Source of the DNA: Pedobacter sp.
GTDB taxonomy: Bacteria; Desulfobacterota; Desulfuromonadia; Desulfuromonadales; Syntrophotaleaceae
DNA: 64,000 nt
Reading direction: 5' to 3'
Assembly: GCA_050253415.1 (NCBI GenBank)
Contig: JBFWJC010000001.1
Span: 1,512,679 to 1,576,678 of the forward strand
Numbering within the stretch: the stretch's first letter is position 1; each line of letters starts with the position of its first letter. The notes beneath the pieces are model-generated. The model did no database searches, had not been told where the DNA came from, and saw nothing but the letters and a program-made list of their open reading frames with translations. The translations under genes and the position numbers were made by a program. Shown here piece after piece: positions 1-9,095 of the stretch.

Positions 1-207
1 GTTTTCTTCGCGTACGGTTTTGGCCAGTTCCTGAATCTTGGGATCGAGGAGATTTGCCTCCTGCAGGTCTATGCCAGAGAGCAGTTGCTCTTTTTTTCGC
101 ACAGTCGCAAGCATCTCCTCGATGCGCAGCGCCTTGGCATGTTCCCGTTCCTCAAGGATCAGGTCATGGAGCTGATGCAGTTGCTGGGCAATATCCGGGG
201 TCATCAT
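1..207 (-). CDS. flgN: flagellar export chaperone FlgN (5' part only; runs off the window)
   Basis: Not in the ORF track. Read manually as MMTPDIAQQLHQLHDLILEEREHAKALRIEEMLATVRKKEQLL...; start overlaps the flgM stop (ATGATG); conserved flgM-flgN order. Confidence 0.75.
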   Translation of the reverse strand, partial: MMTPDIAQQLHQLHDLILEEREHAKALRIEEMLATVRKKEQLLSGIDLQEANLLDPKIQELAKTVREEN

Positions 208-503
208 TTCGCCTGATTTTCCGCCAGGAATTTAAGCAGACTGGTTGCAACCTTGGTGGAGTCCGGGCTGTAACTGCCATCGGCTATCTGCTCTTTCAGT
301 GACTGCAACTTTTCGGCGCGAGCGGATTCGGTGGTAGCGGAGACTTCCTTGGCACGCATGGTTTCTGCGATGACCGAAGAAAACTGTACCCGGTCAATGC
401 CGGATTGCGCAGCCGTCGTACCCTTTTCGGTTTTTTCATTTTTTTTGACCCTGTTCAGGGGGTCGATGCCGTTGAAGCTGCTACCGTTGATTTTAATGGT
501 CAT
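204..503 (-). CDS. flgM: anti-sigma-28 factor FlgM
   Basis: 99 aa; DRVQFS and RAEKLQSLKEQIADGSY motifs; RBS AGGAGG upstream. Confidence 0.9.
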   Translation of the reverse strand: MTIKINGSSFNGIDPLNRVKKNEKTEKGTTAAQSGIDRVQFSSVIAETMRAKEVSATTESARAEKLQSLKEQIADGSYSPDSTKVATSLLKFLAENQAK

Positions 504-616
504 GGTCCTACCCTCCTTGCTAGCCGGTTGGATAATGTCTTTGACATCATTCCCGGCTGAAAGGGGCTCAGGTGAAAAAGAGAACTTTACGTCCGACTAA
601 AGGTTTCCTATATCCC

Positions 617-644
617 CTATCGGCAGGTGAGTTCAAGAACTTTA
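617..644 (-). promoter_or_regulatory. sigma28 (FliA) promoter for flgMN
   Basis: Minus strand TAAA-N16-GCCGATAG, about 115 nt upstream of flgM. Confidence 0.75.
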
Positions 645-692
645 GGGTAATTTTTACAAAAATTGACAGAACCTCAAAATTTTGTTGGGTTC

Positions 693-1019
693 TTAATCCT
701 TAGGTGGTTCCGACAGGTTTTTGGATAATTGTTTGTAAAGGCTTTCGGCAATGCCGATGCCTTGATTTCGGGACATTTGCACGGCCACTTCCTGATCCAT
801 GAGATCCTGGAACATCTCCCGGTCGCTGCCCTCATCCAGAAGTCCGTCTTTCGGTACCGTGGAGCGCATTTCCTTGAGCATGGTTTTGAGCATGACAGCT
901 TCGAAATCCTGACAGCTTTTGCGCAAACCCGCAGCTTCATCCTTTTTGCTGGAAGCAATATTCTGGGTTTGCCCACCAAAAGCGGCAAGGCTGACAGCTG
1001 GATTGATGATGTTCGACAT
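693..1019 (-). CDS. flgJ: short FlgJ, rod-binding domain only (no muramidase)
   Basis: CQDFEAVMLKTMLKEMRSTV and GIGIAESLYKQL motifs; follows flgI. Confidence 0.85.
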   Translation of the reverse strand: MSNIINPAVSLAAFGGQTQNIASSKKDEAAGLRKSCQDFEAVMLKTMLKEMRSTVPKDGLLDEGSDREMFQDLMDQEVAVQMSRNQGIGIAESLYKQLSKNLSEPPKD

Positions 1020-1142
1020 GCTCGCTACTCCCGTATTGTGGCAGGCAAGGGATAAATCCCGTGCAGGTGTCTTTGTTAATACCTTTTCGGCACAACGGGA
1101 GTAAAAATTTAGGAAGAATCGAACAGGGAAGGGTTTTACTTG

Positions 1143-1289
1143 CAGCTATCAGCTATCAGCTATCAGCTATCAGCTATCAGCTATCAGCTATCAGCTATCA
1201 GCTATCAGTGACAAGTGACAAGTGACAAGTGACAAGTGACAAGTGACAAGTGACAAGTGACAAGTGACAAGTGACAAGTGACAAGTGAC
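1143..1289. repeat. compound heptamer tandem array (CAGCTAT)x9 followed by (GTGACAA)x11
   Basis: Directly visible perfect tandem units in the flgI-flgJ intergenic region. Confidence 0.97.
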
Positions 1290-1298
1290 GGTTTTCTA

Positions 1299-2402
1299 TT
1301 ACAAAATAACCATTTCCGCGTGCAGGGCGCCAGCGGCCTTTATGGCCTGAAAGATGGCGATAAGGTCGCGCGGGGTGGCGCCGATGGCGTTAAGAGCCTG
1401 AGCGACGTCTCCAATGCTGACACCCATTTCCATAACCACCAGATTGCCGGAGTCTTCCGTGACCTCCATGGTGGTGTCGGGGACCACCACGGTTTCCCCT
1501 TTGGAAAAGGGCATGGGTTGTGACACCTGATCCTTTTCGGTGATGACCAGGTTCAGGTTGCCGTGTGAGACTGCTACGGTAGCGATGCGCACATCTTCGC
1601 CCATGACGATGGTGCCTGTTTTTTCGTTGACCACAATGCGCGCCATGCTGTCGGGCCTGATGGTGAGACTTTCGAGACTGGAGATGAAATTCACCAGTTG
1701 GTTACGTTCGTCTTCGGGGATGGAGACCTGAAGGCTTCCGCTGTCTTTAGCATGGGCCAGAGGCTTTTTGAAATGATTGTTGATCGCCTCGGCCATGCGG
1801 GTCACGGTGGTGAAGTCCGGGCTGGACAGTTGATATTGAAGTTGAGCACCGGGATCGAGGGTGAAGGGAACTTCACGCTCCACCAAGGCCCCGCCGGGAA
1901 TGCGACCTACGGTGGGGTGGTTTTTTTGTACCGTGGCGGCTTTGCCACCGAACGCCAGGGCGCCTACGGCCAGCGGCCCTTGCGCCACGGCATAGATTTG
2001 CCCGTCAGGACCTTTGAGGGGCGTCATGAGCAGGCTTCCGCCTACCAGACTGTCGGCATCACCGATGGAGGACACCAGCACGTCGATGGTGGCGCCGGTT
2101 TTGGAAAAAGCGGGCAGTTCGGCTGTCACGATAACGGCGGCGACATTGTCTACTTTGACATCGTCGGCAGCAACCGTGACACCGAGGCGTTCCATCATAT
2201 TGACCAGCGAGCGAACAGTGAACTGGGTGCTGGCACTGTCGCCGCTGCCGTTGAGTCCGACCACCAGTCCGTAACCGACCAGTTGGTTGCTGCGTACCCC
2301 CTGCAGGCGTGCAATATCCTTGATGCGGGTTGCTTCAGCCGAAGTGCTCACGGTGCACAACGTCAGACCAAGGAGGAGTAGGGCAAGTATGTGTCGCAGC
2401 AT
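1299..2402 (-). CDS. flgI: flagellar P-ring protein FlgI
   Basis: Signal peptide followed by RIKDIA...GVRSNQLVGYGLVVGLNGSGD. Confidence 0.96.
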   Translation of the reverse strand: MLRHILALLLLGLTLCTVSTSAEATRIKDIARLQGVRSNQLVGYGLVVGLNGSGDSASTQFTVRSLVNMMERLGVTVAADDVKVDNVAAVIVTAELPAFSKTGATIDVLVSSIGDADSLVGGSLLMTPLKGPDGQIYAVAQGPLAVGALAFGGKAATVQKNHPTVGRIPGGALVEREVPFTLDPGAQLQYQLSSPDFTTVTRMAEAINNHFKKPLAHAKDSGSLQVSIPEDERNQLVNFISSLESLTIRPDSMARIVVNEKTGTIVMGEDVRIATVAVSHGNLNLVITEKDQVSQPMPFSKGETVVVPDTTMEVTEDSGNLVVMEMGVSIGDVAQALNAIGATPRDLIAIFQAIKAAGALHAEMVIL

Positions 2403-2420
2403 ATAAATGGATCCTTTGTA

Positions 2421-2519
2421 AAAACCGTGATTCGTGATTGGTGATGAGAGTCGTCACCACCCGCCAAGCATCGGTTGTCGGAACTAATCACGAATAACTA
2501 ATCACCAGTCACTGGTTTA
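2421..2519. repeat. inverted degenerate heptamer repeat element (GTGATTN)x3 ... (NAATCAC-like)x4
   Basis: aaaacc gtgattc gtgattg gtgatga ... taatcac gaataac taatcac cagtcac tggttt, between flgH and flgI. Confidence 0.75.
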
Positions 2520-2527
2520 AAAAGCCA

Positions 2528-3229
2528 TTAAAACGGCCAGACGTGGTCGAGCACCCGGGTCATCCAACCGGGGCGCTGTTTGTCGCTGATCACCCCTTTG
2601 CCGGTATAGGCGATCTTGGCGTCCAGGATATTCGCGGAGCTGACAATATTCTGGGAAGAAATATCCGAAGGGCGGATGATACCCTCCAGCAGGATGATCT
2701 GGTCCTCGTTATTGACGGTAACGGTCTTTCCTCCTGCGATGCACAGGTTGCCGTTGGGCAATTCCTCTGTGACCTGCGCGGTAAGGGTGGCGACCAGATC
2801 TTCTTTGCGCGAGGTGCTGCCGGAGCCGTCGAAATCGTTTTCGTAACTGGTATTGACCAGGCTGGTCGGATCTATGAATTTGTTGAGGTTGGCGAGGTTG
2901 CCTTCGAGGCCGAAAACATTGGTAAGCCCGGCCGACATGCTGCTGGAGCGTCCGGTGGCGGTGCTGGCCTCTTTGCTGGCGCTGGCCTTTTCGTAAATGG
3001 CAACAGTAACGATATCGCCTACGTGCCGGGCTTTGTTGTCGCGGAACAGACTGCCGCGCCCTTCGGTCCATAGAGATCCGGGAGCTTGGGGTTGTTCGGG
3101 TTGCACCTGGCGAGCGGCGATAATCGAATTTTTCGCCTGGGTTTCAGCAAGTTTGTTGGAGGTACTGCTGCAACCGATTATCAGCAGCAGAGACGGTATG
3201 GCGACCCACAGGTGCAGAGAACGTCTCAT
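2528..3229 (-). CDS. flgH: flagellar L-ring lipoprotein FlgH
   Basis: Lipobox IIGC; SLFRDNKARHVGDIVTV; C-terminal GWMTRVLDHVWPF. Confidence 0.95.
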   Translation of the reverse strand: MRRSLHLWVAIPSLLLIIGCSSTSNKLAETQAKNSIIAARQVQPEQPQAPGSLWTEGRGSLFRDNKARHVGDIVTVAIYEKASASKEASTATGRSSSMSAGLTNVFGLEGNLANLNKFIDPTSLVNTSYENDFDGSGSTSRKEDLVATLTAQVTEELPNGNLCIAGGKTVTVNNEDQIILLEGIIRPSDISSQNIVSSANILDAKIAYTGKGVISDKQRPGWMTRVLDHVWPF

Positions 3230-3230
3230 G

Positions 3231-3953
3231 TTATAACTCCACTTCCACAGCAGAGGGCGCTGTTACACGGCAGAAAATTTCCTTGTGGGAACTGATGTTT
3301 TTCACTCGGATGGTGTCGTCTTCTGCGCCGTTTTCCTGGGCCAGGCCCCGTGCAGTGACGGTCAGGGTGCCAATGCTGGCAGTGATCGTGACCATGTCGC
3401 CGCGTTTGACCAGCGGCGGTGTTTCCAGCCCCGAACGAATAAATGGGGCACCCATGCGAACCGCGCGGCGTAATTTCATGCCGACCAGTTCCTGGGCGTC
3501 AAGGCAAGGGCTGCGTAGGGTCGTGAGGTCCATGGTGACCATGGTCAGATCTGCGGGCTGGAGAATGGAACCGCGAGGCAGATCGTCTGCTGCAATGGCT
3601 ACGGGTGCCAGTGCTTCCAGATCGACAGACAAGGTCATGTTTTTGACGACCTTGCCATCGGAGCGCAAGATCAGATTAAAGCGGCGACTGTCGAGCAACC
3701 GGGGGCTGGACGGGGTAATCTCCCAACGCAGGCGTCCCGCTTCGACCTCAAACGGGGAGATGCTCTGGATGTCACGCAGTCGCAGCTCCATTTGCGGATA
3801 GCGTCTTTGCTGTTTTTGCAGATAGGTGGACAAGACTTTGCGGATCTCTGCATCGCCTATCTTGATGGCCTGGGCCTCGGCCGATACTGTTTGCGGCAGC
3901 ACCATGGCCAACAGCAGAAAAAGCAACAAACTTGTCCTTTGCAACAAAAACAT
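3231..3953 (-). CDS. flgA: P-ring formation chaperone FlgA
   Basis: Signal peptide, SAF domain and LVKRGDMVTI...IRVKNISS motif. Confidence 0.9.
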   Translation of the reverse strand: MFLLQRTSLLLFLLLAMVLPQTVSAEAQAIKIGDAEIRKVLSTYLQKQQRRYPQMELRLRDIQSISPFEVEAGRLRWEITPSSPRLLDSRRFNLILRSDGKVVKNMTLSVDLEALAPVAIAADDLPRGSILQPADLTMVTMDLTTLRSPCLDAQELVGMKLRRAVRMGAPFIRSGLETPPLVKRGDMVTITASIGTLTVTARGLAQENGAEDDTIRVKNISSHKEIFCRVTAPSAVEVEL

Positions 3954-3965
3954 CCCTGATTTTCC

Positions 3966-4751
3966 TTACACGAGGTTATTGGTCATCTGCAGCATTTCAT
4001 CGGCAGTCTTGATGGCCTTGGAATTGATTTCGTAGGCGCGCTGACCGGCGATCATGTTGACCATTTCTTCCATAATGCTGACGTTGGAGCCTTCCAGAAA
4101 GCCTTGAGACAGGCTGCCGAAACCGTTTTCACCGGGATTGCCGGTAACCGGAGTTCCGGTGGTCGGGGTTTCGGTGAAAAGATTGTGGCCGATGGCGTTG
4201 AGTCCGGCCGGATTGCTGAAGCGCGCCAGGGAAATGGTGCCGACCTGAGTGGGTGTGGTTTCGCCGTCGAGTACAACCTCTACCGAACCGTAGCTGCCGA
4301 TCGAAACCTGGGTGGCGTTTTCGGGGATAATGATTTCAGGCGACAGGGGATAGCCGTCCGAAGTCACCAGGCGACCGGTGCCGTCCTTCTTGAAAGCACC
4401 GGCTCGGGTATAAGCCGTATCCCCGTTTGCCAGGGTCACCTGAAAAAAGCCCGAGCCCTCAATGGCGACATCGAGGTCGTTGCCGGTTTGCTGAAAATCA
4501 CCGGTGGTGAAGACTTTCTGTATGGAGGCGACACGCGAACCGAGGCCTACCTGGATGCTGGTGGGCTGTTCGATTCCGGAACTGGCGTCCGATCCAGCCA
4601 TCTTTACCGTCTGATAGAGGATGTCCTGAAAATCGGCGCGGCTTTTTTTAAAGCCTGCGCTGTTGACGTTGGCCAGGTTGTGGGCAATCACATCCATATT
4701 AACTTGCTGGGCTTCCATACCGGTTGCCGAGGTCCATAACGCCCTGATCAT
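3966..4751 (-). CDS. flgG: flagellar distal rod protein FlgG
   Basis: [16 protein letters not shown]...[10 protein letters not shown]-terminal QRAYEINSK. Confidence 0.96.
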   Translation of the reverse strand: MIRALWTSATGMEAQQVNMDVIAHNLANVNSAGFKKSRADFQDILYQTVKMAGSDASSGIEQPTSIQVGLGSRVASIQKVFTTGDFQQTGNDLDVAIEGSGFFQVTLANGDTAYTRAGAFKKDGTGRLVTSDGYPLSPEIIIPENATQVSIGSYGSVEVVLDGETTPTQVGTISLARFSNPAGLNAIGHNLFTETPTTGTPVTGNPGENGFGSLSQGFLEGSNVSIMEEMVNMIAGQRAYEINSKAIKTADEMLQMTNNLV

Positions 4752-4852
4752 GTCAGAAACTCCTTTGCGCTGTCGCGCATTATCCTCTCAGGTTTCCATT
4801 TCGGAACCTGAAGTTTTTATCGATGGTTCAAACCAAAAAACGGTAATGTTAT

Positions 4853-5590
4853 TTAACCCAGGGTGCCGAGTTTGTTCGCCTCGCCAGCCAGTGAGTGATA
4901 TGTTTTAAGCATTTTCTGGCAGGCTTCAAAGACGCGGGTCGATTCGACCATGTGACTCATTTCCTGCATCAGGTTGACGTTGGACCCTTCGAGTTGTCCC
5001 TGGAAGATATGCGGATCCGTCACCAATACTTCCAGACGGCGCTCTTCCCCGGTCGGGACAGTAAACTGCCCACCACCCTGGCGGGTAAGGACAGACGTGT
5101 CATCAAAGGTATACAGGGGAATTTTCGTTGTCTGGCCATCTTCGGTCTTGACCGTGCCGTCTTCGGTGATGGTTATGTCAGGACTCGAAAGGGTGATGGG
5201 TTTACGGTCGTCGCCGAGTAGAACCATCCCCTGCTGGTTGATCAATTGTCCCTCGCTGTCCAGTCGCATGCTTCCCTGCCGGGTGTAGTAAATATTGCCG
5301 GCATTGTCCTGCACCTTGAAAAAGCCTTCCCCTTGAATGGCCATGTGGGTCGGTACGCCGGACGGAGAAAGGGTGCCCTGGGAAAAATCGGTAAAACCTT
5401 CTTCGATATCCGCCAGGTTGACCCGTTCGAGCACCTGGCCGTTCTGGGCTTGCTCCAGCATGATTTTGAATACCGCCTGCCCCTTTTTAAAGCCAACCGT
5501 TTGATTGTTGGCCAGGTTATGGCTGATGGTGTCCATCATTTGCTGGCGTACCAGCGCCCCCGACAGGGCGACATAGGTTCCTCGATTCAT
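4853..5590 (-). CDS. flgF: flagellar rod protein FlgF
   Basis: Start trimmed to MNRGTYVALSG; NLANNQTVGFK and LEGSNVN motifs; lies upstream of flgG. Confidence 0.88.
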   Translation of the reverse strand: MNRGTYVALSGALVRQQMMDTISHNLANNQTVGFKKGQAVFKIMLEQAQNGQVLERVNLADIEEGFTDFSQGTLSPSGVPTHMAIQGEGFFKVQDNAGNIYYTRQGSMRLDSEGQLINQQGMVLLGDDRKPITLSSPDITITEDGTVKTEDGQTTKIPLYTFDDTSVLTRQGGGQFTVPTGEERRLEVLVTDPHIFQGQLEGSNVNLMQEMSHMVESTRVFEACQKMLKTYHSLAGEANKLGTLG

Positions 5591-5624
5591 AGCAGCCTCA
5601 TAGTGTTCTGTGGTCGATAGGGTC

Positions 5625-5652
5625 TTATCGACCTTCCGGCGCTTTTTCTTTA
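5625..5652 (-). promoter_or_regulatory. putative sigma28 promoter upstream of flgF
   Basis: Minus strand TAAA-N16-GTCGATAA, same spacing as the flgM promoter. Confidence 0.5.
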
Positions 5653-5741
5653 ATTTTTTGATGGTGCTGCAACGCCTTAGCGCAGACTTTTTGTTCAGAT
5701 ATCTTGTGTTTTTATGGAAAATTAAGTTTTTTGCCGCGCAC

Positions 5742-6167
5742 TCAGTCCCTGCCGCCGTTGGTATAGCAGCCTGCCGAAACCATGGCTGTCTCAACGCCGA
5801 TTCCTGGGCGGCTCGCCCGGCTCAAACTGATAAGTTGTCTGACTTCGGTCGGGGGGAGCATGAGGAGGTCTGCTATTTGTTGTGCCGGCATGCCTTGCGC
5901 CGCCATCTCGGCCGCCAGTTTGTATTTATCCGGAGTCGGTCGGTGGGGTTGCGTCTGCGCAAGGCGTTGCCTGAGAGTAGCCTGTTGCAAGGGGGTCTGA
6001 AAATTGGCGGTAGCATCGGCGGGTTCCGACATGGCGGACAAGGCGGCCTTGTCGTTTTTGATCTGCTGCTGCAGATGCTTAAGGCGCAGAGCCAGCACAA
6101 TCGTGGCGCAAACGCCTGCGACCCCGATAACGCCAGTAAGCATGAGTGGTATCAGCAAAGCAGGCAT
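5742..6167 (-). CDS. membrane-anchored flagellar-cluster protein (DUF2802-like)
   Basis: N-terminal TM helix, coiled coil and C-terminal YKLAAEMAAQGMPAQQIADLLML...EVRQL HTH-like motif; follows fliA. Confidence 0.65.
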   Translation of the reverse strand: MPALLIPLMLTGVIGVAGVCATIVLALRLKHLQQQIKNDKAALSAMSEPADATANFQTPLQQATLRQRLAQTQPHRPTPDKYKLAAEMAAQGMPAQQIADLLMLPPTEVRQLISLSRASRPGIGVETAMVSAGCYTNGGRD

Positions 6168-6172
6168 GGTAA

Positions 6173-6940
6173 TTATCGCGGCGCCATTGAAGGCCCGGCT
6201 CCTTCGTTTTGTGCACGGTTGATGGATGTCTTGAGTTTCAGCAGAGCCTGACTGTGCAGCTGGGAAATGCGTCCTTCCGAGAGTTCCAGGACTTCTGCGA
6301 TTTCTTTCTGACTGAGTTCTTCATAATAGTAGAGGGACACGACCAGTCGTTCCTTGTCGGTGAGGCGGTCGATCTGGCGGGCGAGTTCCTGGGTCAGCTG
6401 GCTGCTTTCAATCATTTCGAGGGGGTTGGGACTGTTCTCGTCCTCGATGCTGTCCATCAGAATCGGGCCATCCGTTGTATCTTCGATCGTTTCGTGCAGG
6501 CTGACGCAGCCGAGATAGCTGACTTCTCCAAGCATCTGGCGGTATGATTCCAGATCCATGTCAAGGGCCTGCGCAACCTCTTCTTCTTCGGGGGGACGAC
6601 CAAGCTGTCTTTCCTTGTCGGAAATGGCTTTGCAGATACGCGATTGTTTCTGGCGCAAAGAGCGTGAAAACCAATCCATGCGACGCACTTCATCAAGCAC
6701 GGCACCACGCATGCGTTTTTCGGCGAAGGTTTTGAATAATACGCCCAGACTCGGTTTGAAACGATTGGCGGCATCCACCAGCCCTACCATAGCGGCGCTG
6801 GCAATATCTTCACGGGTCATAAAGGACGGAACCTGGCTTACCATGCGTTCGGTCAGAAATCCCACCATATGCAGATGACTTTTGATCAGGCGGTCCTTCT
6901 CATCCGCTCTGACGGGGGCATAAACAGGTCCCAAATTCAT
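6173..6940 (-). CDS. fliA: RNA polymerase sigma-28 factor FliA
   Basis: GAVLDEVRRMDWFSRSLR and LYYYEELSQKEIAEVLELSEGRISQLHS. Confidence 0.95.
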   Translation of the reverse strand: MNLGPVYAPVRADEKDRLIKSHLHMVGFLTERMVSQVPSFMTREDIASAAMVGLVDAANRFKPSLGVLFKTFAEKRMRGAVLDEVRRMDWFSRSLRQKQSRICKAISDKERQLGRPPEEEEVAQALDMDLESYRQMLGEVSYLGCVSLHETIEDTTDGPILMDSIEDENSPNPLEMIESSQLTQELARQIDRLTDKERLVVSLYYYEELSQKEIAEVLELSEGRISQLHSQALLKLKTSINRAQNEGAGPSMAPR

Positions 6941-7845
6941 GGCATATCCCTTCCGTTGGCAGTAAGCAGGCGTTTCCAGAAGAACTGCAACGTGCCTTTG
7001 GGTTGGATGTCTGCGGACGCATCGATAATGTTCCGGGCAAATCCGGTAAACGCATGGCTGGTTTTGCTGCCGGGATAGATTTCCACCATGGGGCTTTGCC
7101 GGCGGATCGATTCACGCAAGCGTTTGTCAAATGGGATGCAGCCCAGGTAATCGATGCTGATGGACAGGTAACGATTGGCTACCGTGGTCAGTTTCTGGTA
7201 AACATCCAGACCTTCTCCGGTATTGCTGACCGAATTGACAATCAGTTGAAACTGCTTCTGATGGTAACGGGTGGACAACAGCTTCATCAGGGCGTAGGCA
7301 TCGGTGATGGCCGTCGGTTCCGGACTGGTAACGATAAAAATATCCTGGGCGGCGACGGTAAAGTAGGTCACATTTTCGGAGATCCCGGCTTCGGTGTCGA
7401 TCAGCACGACATCAAAGTCTTCCTGCAGGCTGTCAAGATCCTCGATCAGGCGCATGCGTTGTCGCGAGTCGAGACGCGTAAATTGCTGCACGCCGGAACC
7501 GGCCGGCAATATTTTGATGCCCCAGGGACCTTCGACCATGATCTCTTCCAGGGTTTTGAGGCCCTCGAAGAAATGATTGAGGTTGTAACGGGGATTCAGC
7601 CCGAAAACCACGTCGATGTTGGCCAGCCCCAGGTCGGCATCGATGATCAGGACCTTTTTGCCCAGTTGCGCCAGAGCATAAGCCGTATTCGCCACTACCG
7701 CGGTTTTGCCCACGCCGCCTTTGCCGCTGGCTACCGCAATGACGCGGGTTGGCGGAGAGGGTGGTAGATCGTCCCGCTCGGCATGGAAATCTTTCATGGT
7801 GCGTAATGTTTCCGCCTGGTCTGTCGTTTCGTATTGAGTCTTCAT
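6937..7845 (-). CDS. flhG: MinD-like ATPase FlhG/FleN
   Basis: N-terminal DQAETLR; SGKGGVGKT; DADLGLAN; PEPTAITDAY. Confidence 0.93.
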   Translation of the reverse strand: MKTQYETTDQAETLRTMKDFHAERDDLPPSPPTRVIAVASGKGGVGKTAVVANTAYALAQLGKKVLIIDADLGLANIDVVFGLNPRYNLNHFFEGLKTLEEIMVEGPWGIKILPAGSGVQQFTRLDSRQRMRLIEDLDSLQEDFDVVLIDTEAGISENVTYFTVAAQDIFIVTSPEPTAITDAYALMKLLSTRYHQKQFQLIVNSVSNTGEGLDVYQKLTTVANRYLSISIDYLGCIPFDKRLRESIRRQSPMVEIYPGSKTSHAFTGFARNIIDASADIQPKGTLQFFWKRLLTANGRDMP

Positions 7846-9095
7846 ACGGCTTTCTCTCGATAGCTGCCGGTAATGAATCCGGTTATGGCTTCAGCATTCG
7901 CTTCCATCAAATCTTCCGGAACGCGCTGTCCATTGGTGAGAAAAGACAATGGGAGTTGTTGCGTCAGTGAAATATTAAGCAAGGTGCCGCATTGTTCACA
8001 TTCATCCAGTTTGGTGAAAACCAGACTGTGCAGAGGGATGCGGCCGAAGCGCTGCACCACTTCGGTTAACTCACGATCGCGGGTGGTGGCGGACAGTACC
8101 AGGTGATTTTCCGTATTTGCCTGTCCCAGGAAGGCGGCAAGTTCGGCAATACTCATATCGTCACGGGGGCTGCGGCCGGCGGTATCGATGAGGATCAGTT
8201 CCTTGTCACGATGCCGTGCAATGGCCTGTTGCAGTTGTTCTGGCGTCGTCACGACTTCCACCGGAAGGTTCATGATTTCCCCGTAAACCTTGAGTTGTTC
8301 CACGGCGGCGATGCGATACGTATCGATGGTAATCAGGGCAATGCGCGTGGTCCCTTTCAGCAGTTGACTGGCCGCCATTTTGGCGATGGTCGTAGTTTTC
8401 CCTACCCCTGTCGGTCCTACAAGGGCGATACGTTTTTGCTGGTTGCCAATCGATTTGAAAGGGCATGTGACATTCACCAGCCTGCCAATGGCAGCGTTGA
8501 GAAATTCACGGATACCTTGCGGGTCGCCGAGTTGTCTGGGGGATAGCTTTTCCCAGGCGTACTGTTCAAGGCTCGCGGCGGCTTCCCCGGAAATACCGAG
8601 ACGATCAAGCTCGTTTTGCAGCAGGCTCATCTCCTGGACTTCAGCACCTTGCTGCAGTTTCCTCGATGGTGCGGCGACAATATGTCTCGGAGCCGGGGTT
8701 TCAGCCGGTTTGGCCAGTTGCTGCACCAGAGCCTTAAGCTCGTCAATTTCGTTACGTACATCCTTGAGACTGTCGTCCGGCGGCTTTATCCCTTGAATGT
8801 GCTGGTTATAGCTGGATACGGCGGTTTCGCGCGGTTGTTGCCAGAGATCCTGATAGTTCAGGTCGTCCTGTTCTGCCGTAAAAGAATGGCTGGGGGCAGG
8901 GGATGTCTGTCCGAATTCTTCTGAATCAGACGAATCGATGGCAGCAGTCACCTCGCAGATCGGTTTGCGGAATACACCCAGCCCGCTTTTACGCACGGTG
9001 CGGGTTGACAGGATCAATGCGTCAGGGCCCAGCGCCTCCTTGACCTTTTTTAAGGCCTGGGGCATGGTTTCGGCTTCAAAGATTCTAACCAGCAT
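7842..9095 (-). CDS. flhF: SRP-type GTPase FlhF
   Basis: GPTGVGKTTT, DTYRIAA, DTAG, TKLDE and GQRVPED motifs. Confidence 0.95.
   Translation of the reverse strand: MLVRIFEAETMPQALKKVKEALGPDALILSTRTVRKSGLGVFRKPICEVTAAIDSSDSEEFGQTSPAPSHSFTAEQDDLNYQDLWQQPRETAVSSYNQHIQGIKPPDDSLKDVRNEIDELKALVQQLAKPAETPAPRHIVAAPSRKLQQGAEVQEMSLLQNELDRLGISGEAAASLEQYAWEKLSPRQLGDPQGIREFLNAAIGRLVNVTCPFKSIGNQQKRIALVGPTGVGKTTTIAKMAASQLLKGTTRIALITIDTYRIAAVEQLKVYGEIMNLPVEVVTTPEQLQQAIARHRDKELILIDTAGRSPRDDMSIAELAAFLGQANTENHLVLSATTRDRELTEVVQRFGRIPLHSLVFTKLDECEQCGTLLNISLTQQLPLSFLTNGQRVPEDLMEANAEAITGFITGSYREKAV

Noticed and set aside
85..105. Frameshift in the flgN homopolymer
   Set aside because: The T7 run keeps the frame (VRKKEQLL); the ORF is open to the window edge.
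1143..1289. CRISPR array
   Set aside because: The units are 7 nt with no spacers, and there are no cas genes.
5591..5794. N-terminal extensions in the ORF track (flgF, and likewise typA, fliR, fliH, cheW, dnaE, WYL)
   Set aside because: They overlap upstream genes or promoters, and family N-termini and RBS positions point to later starts.
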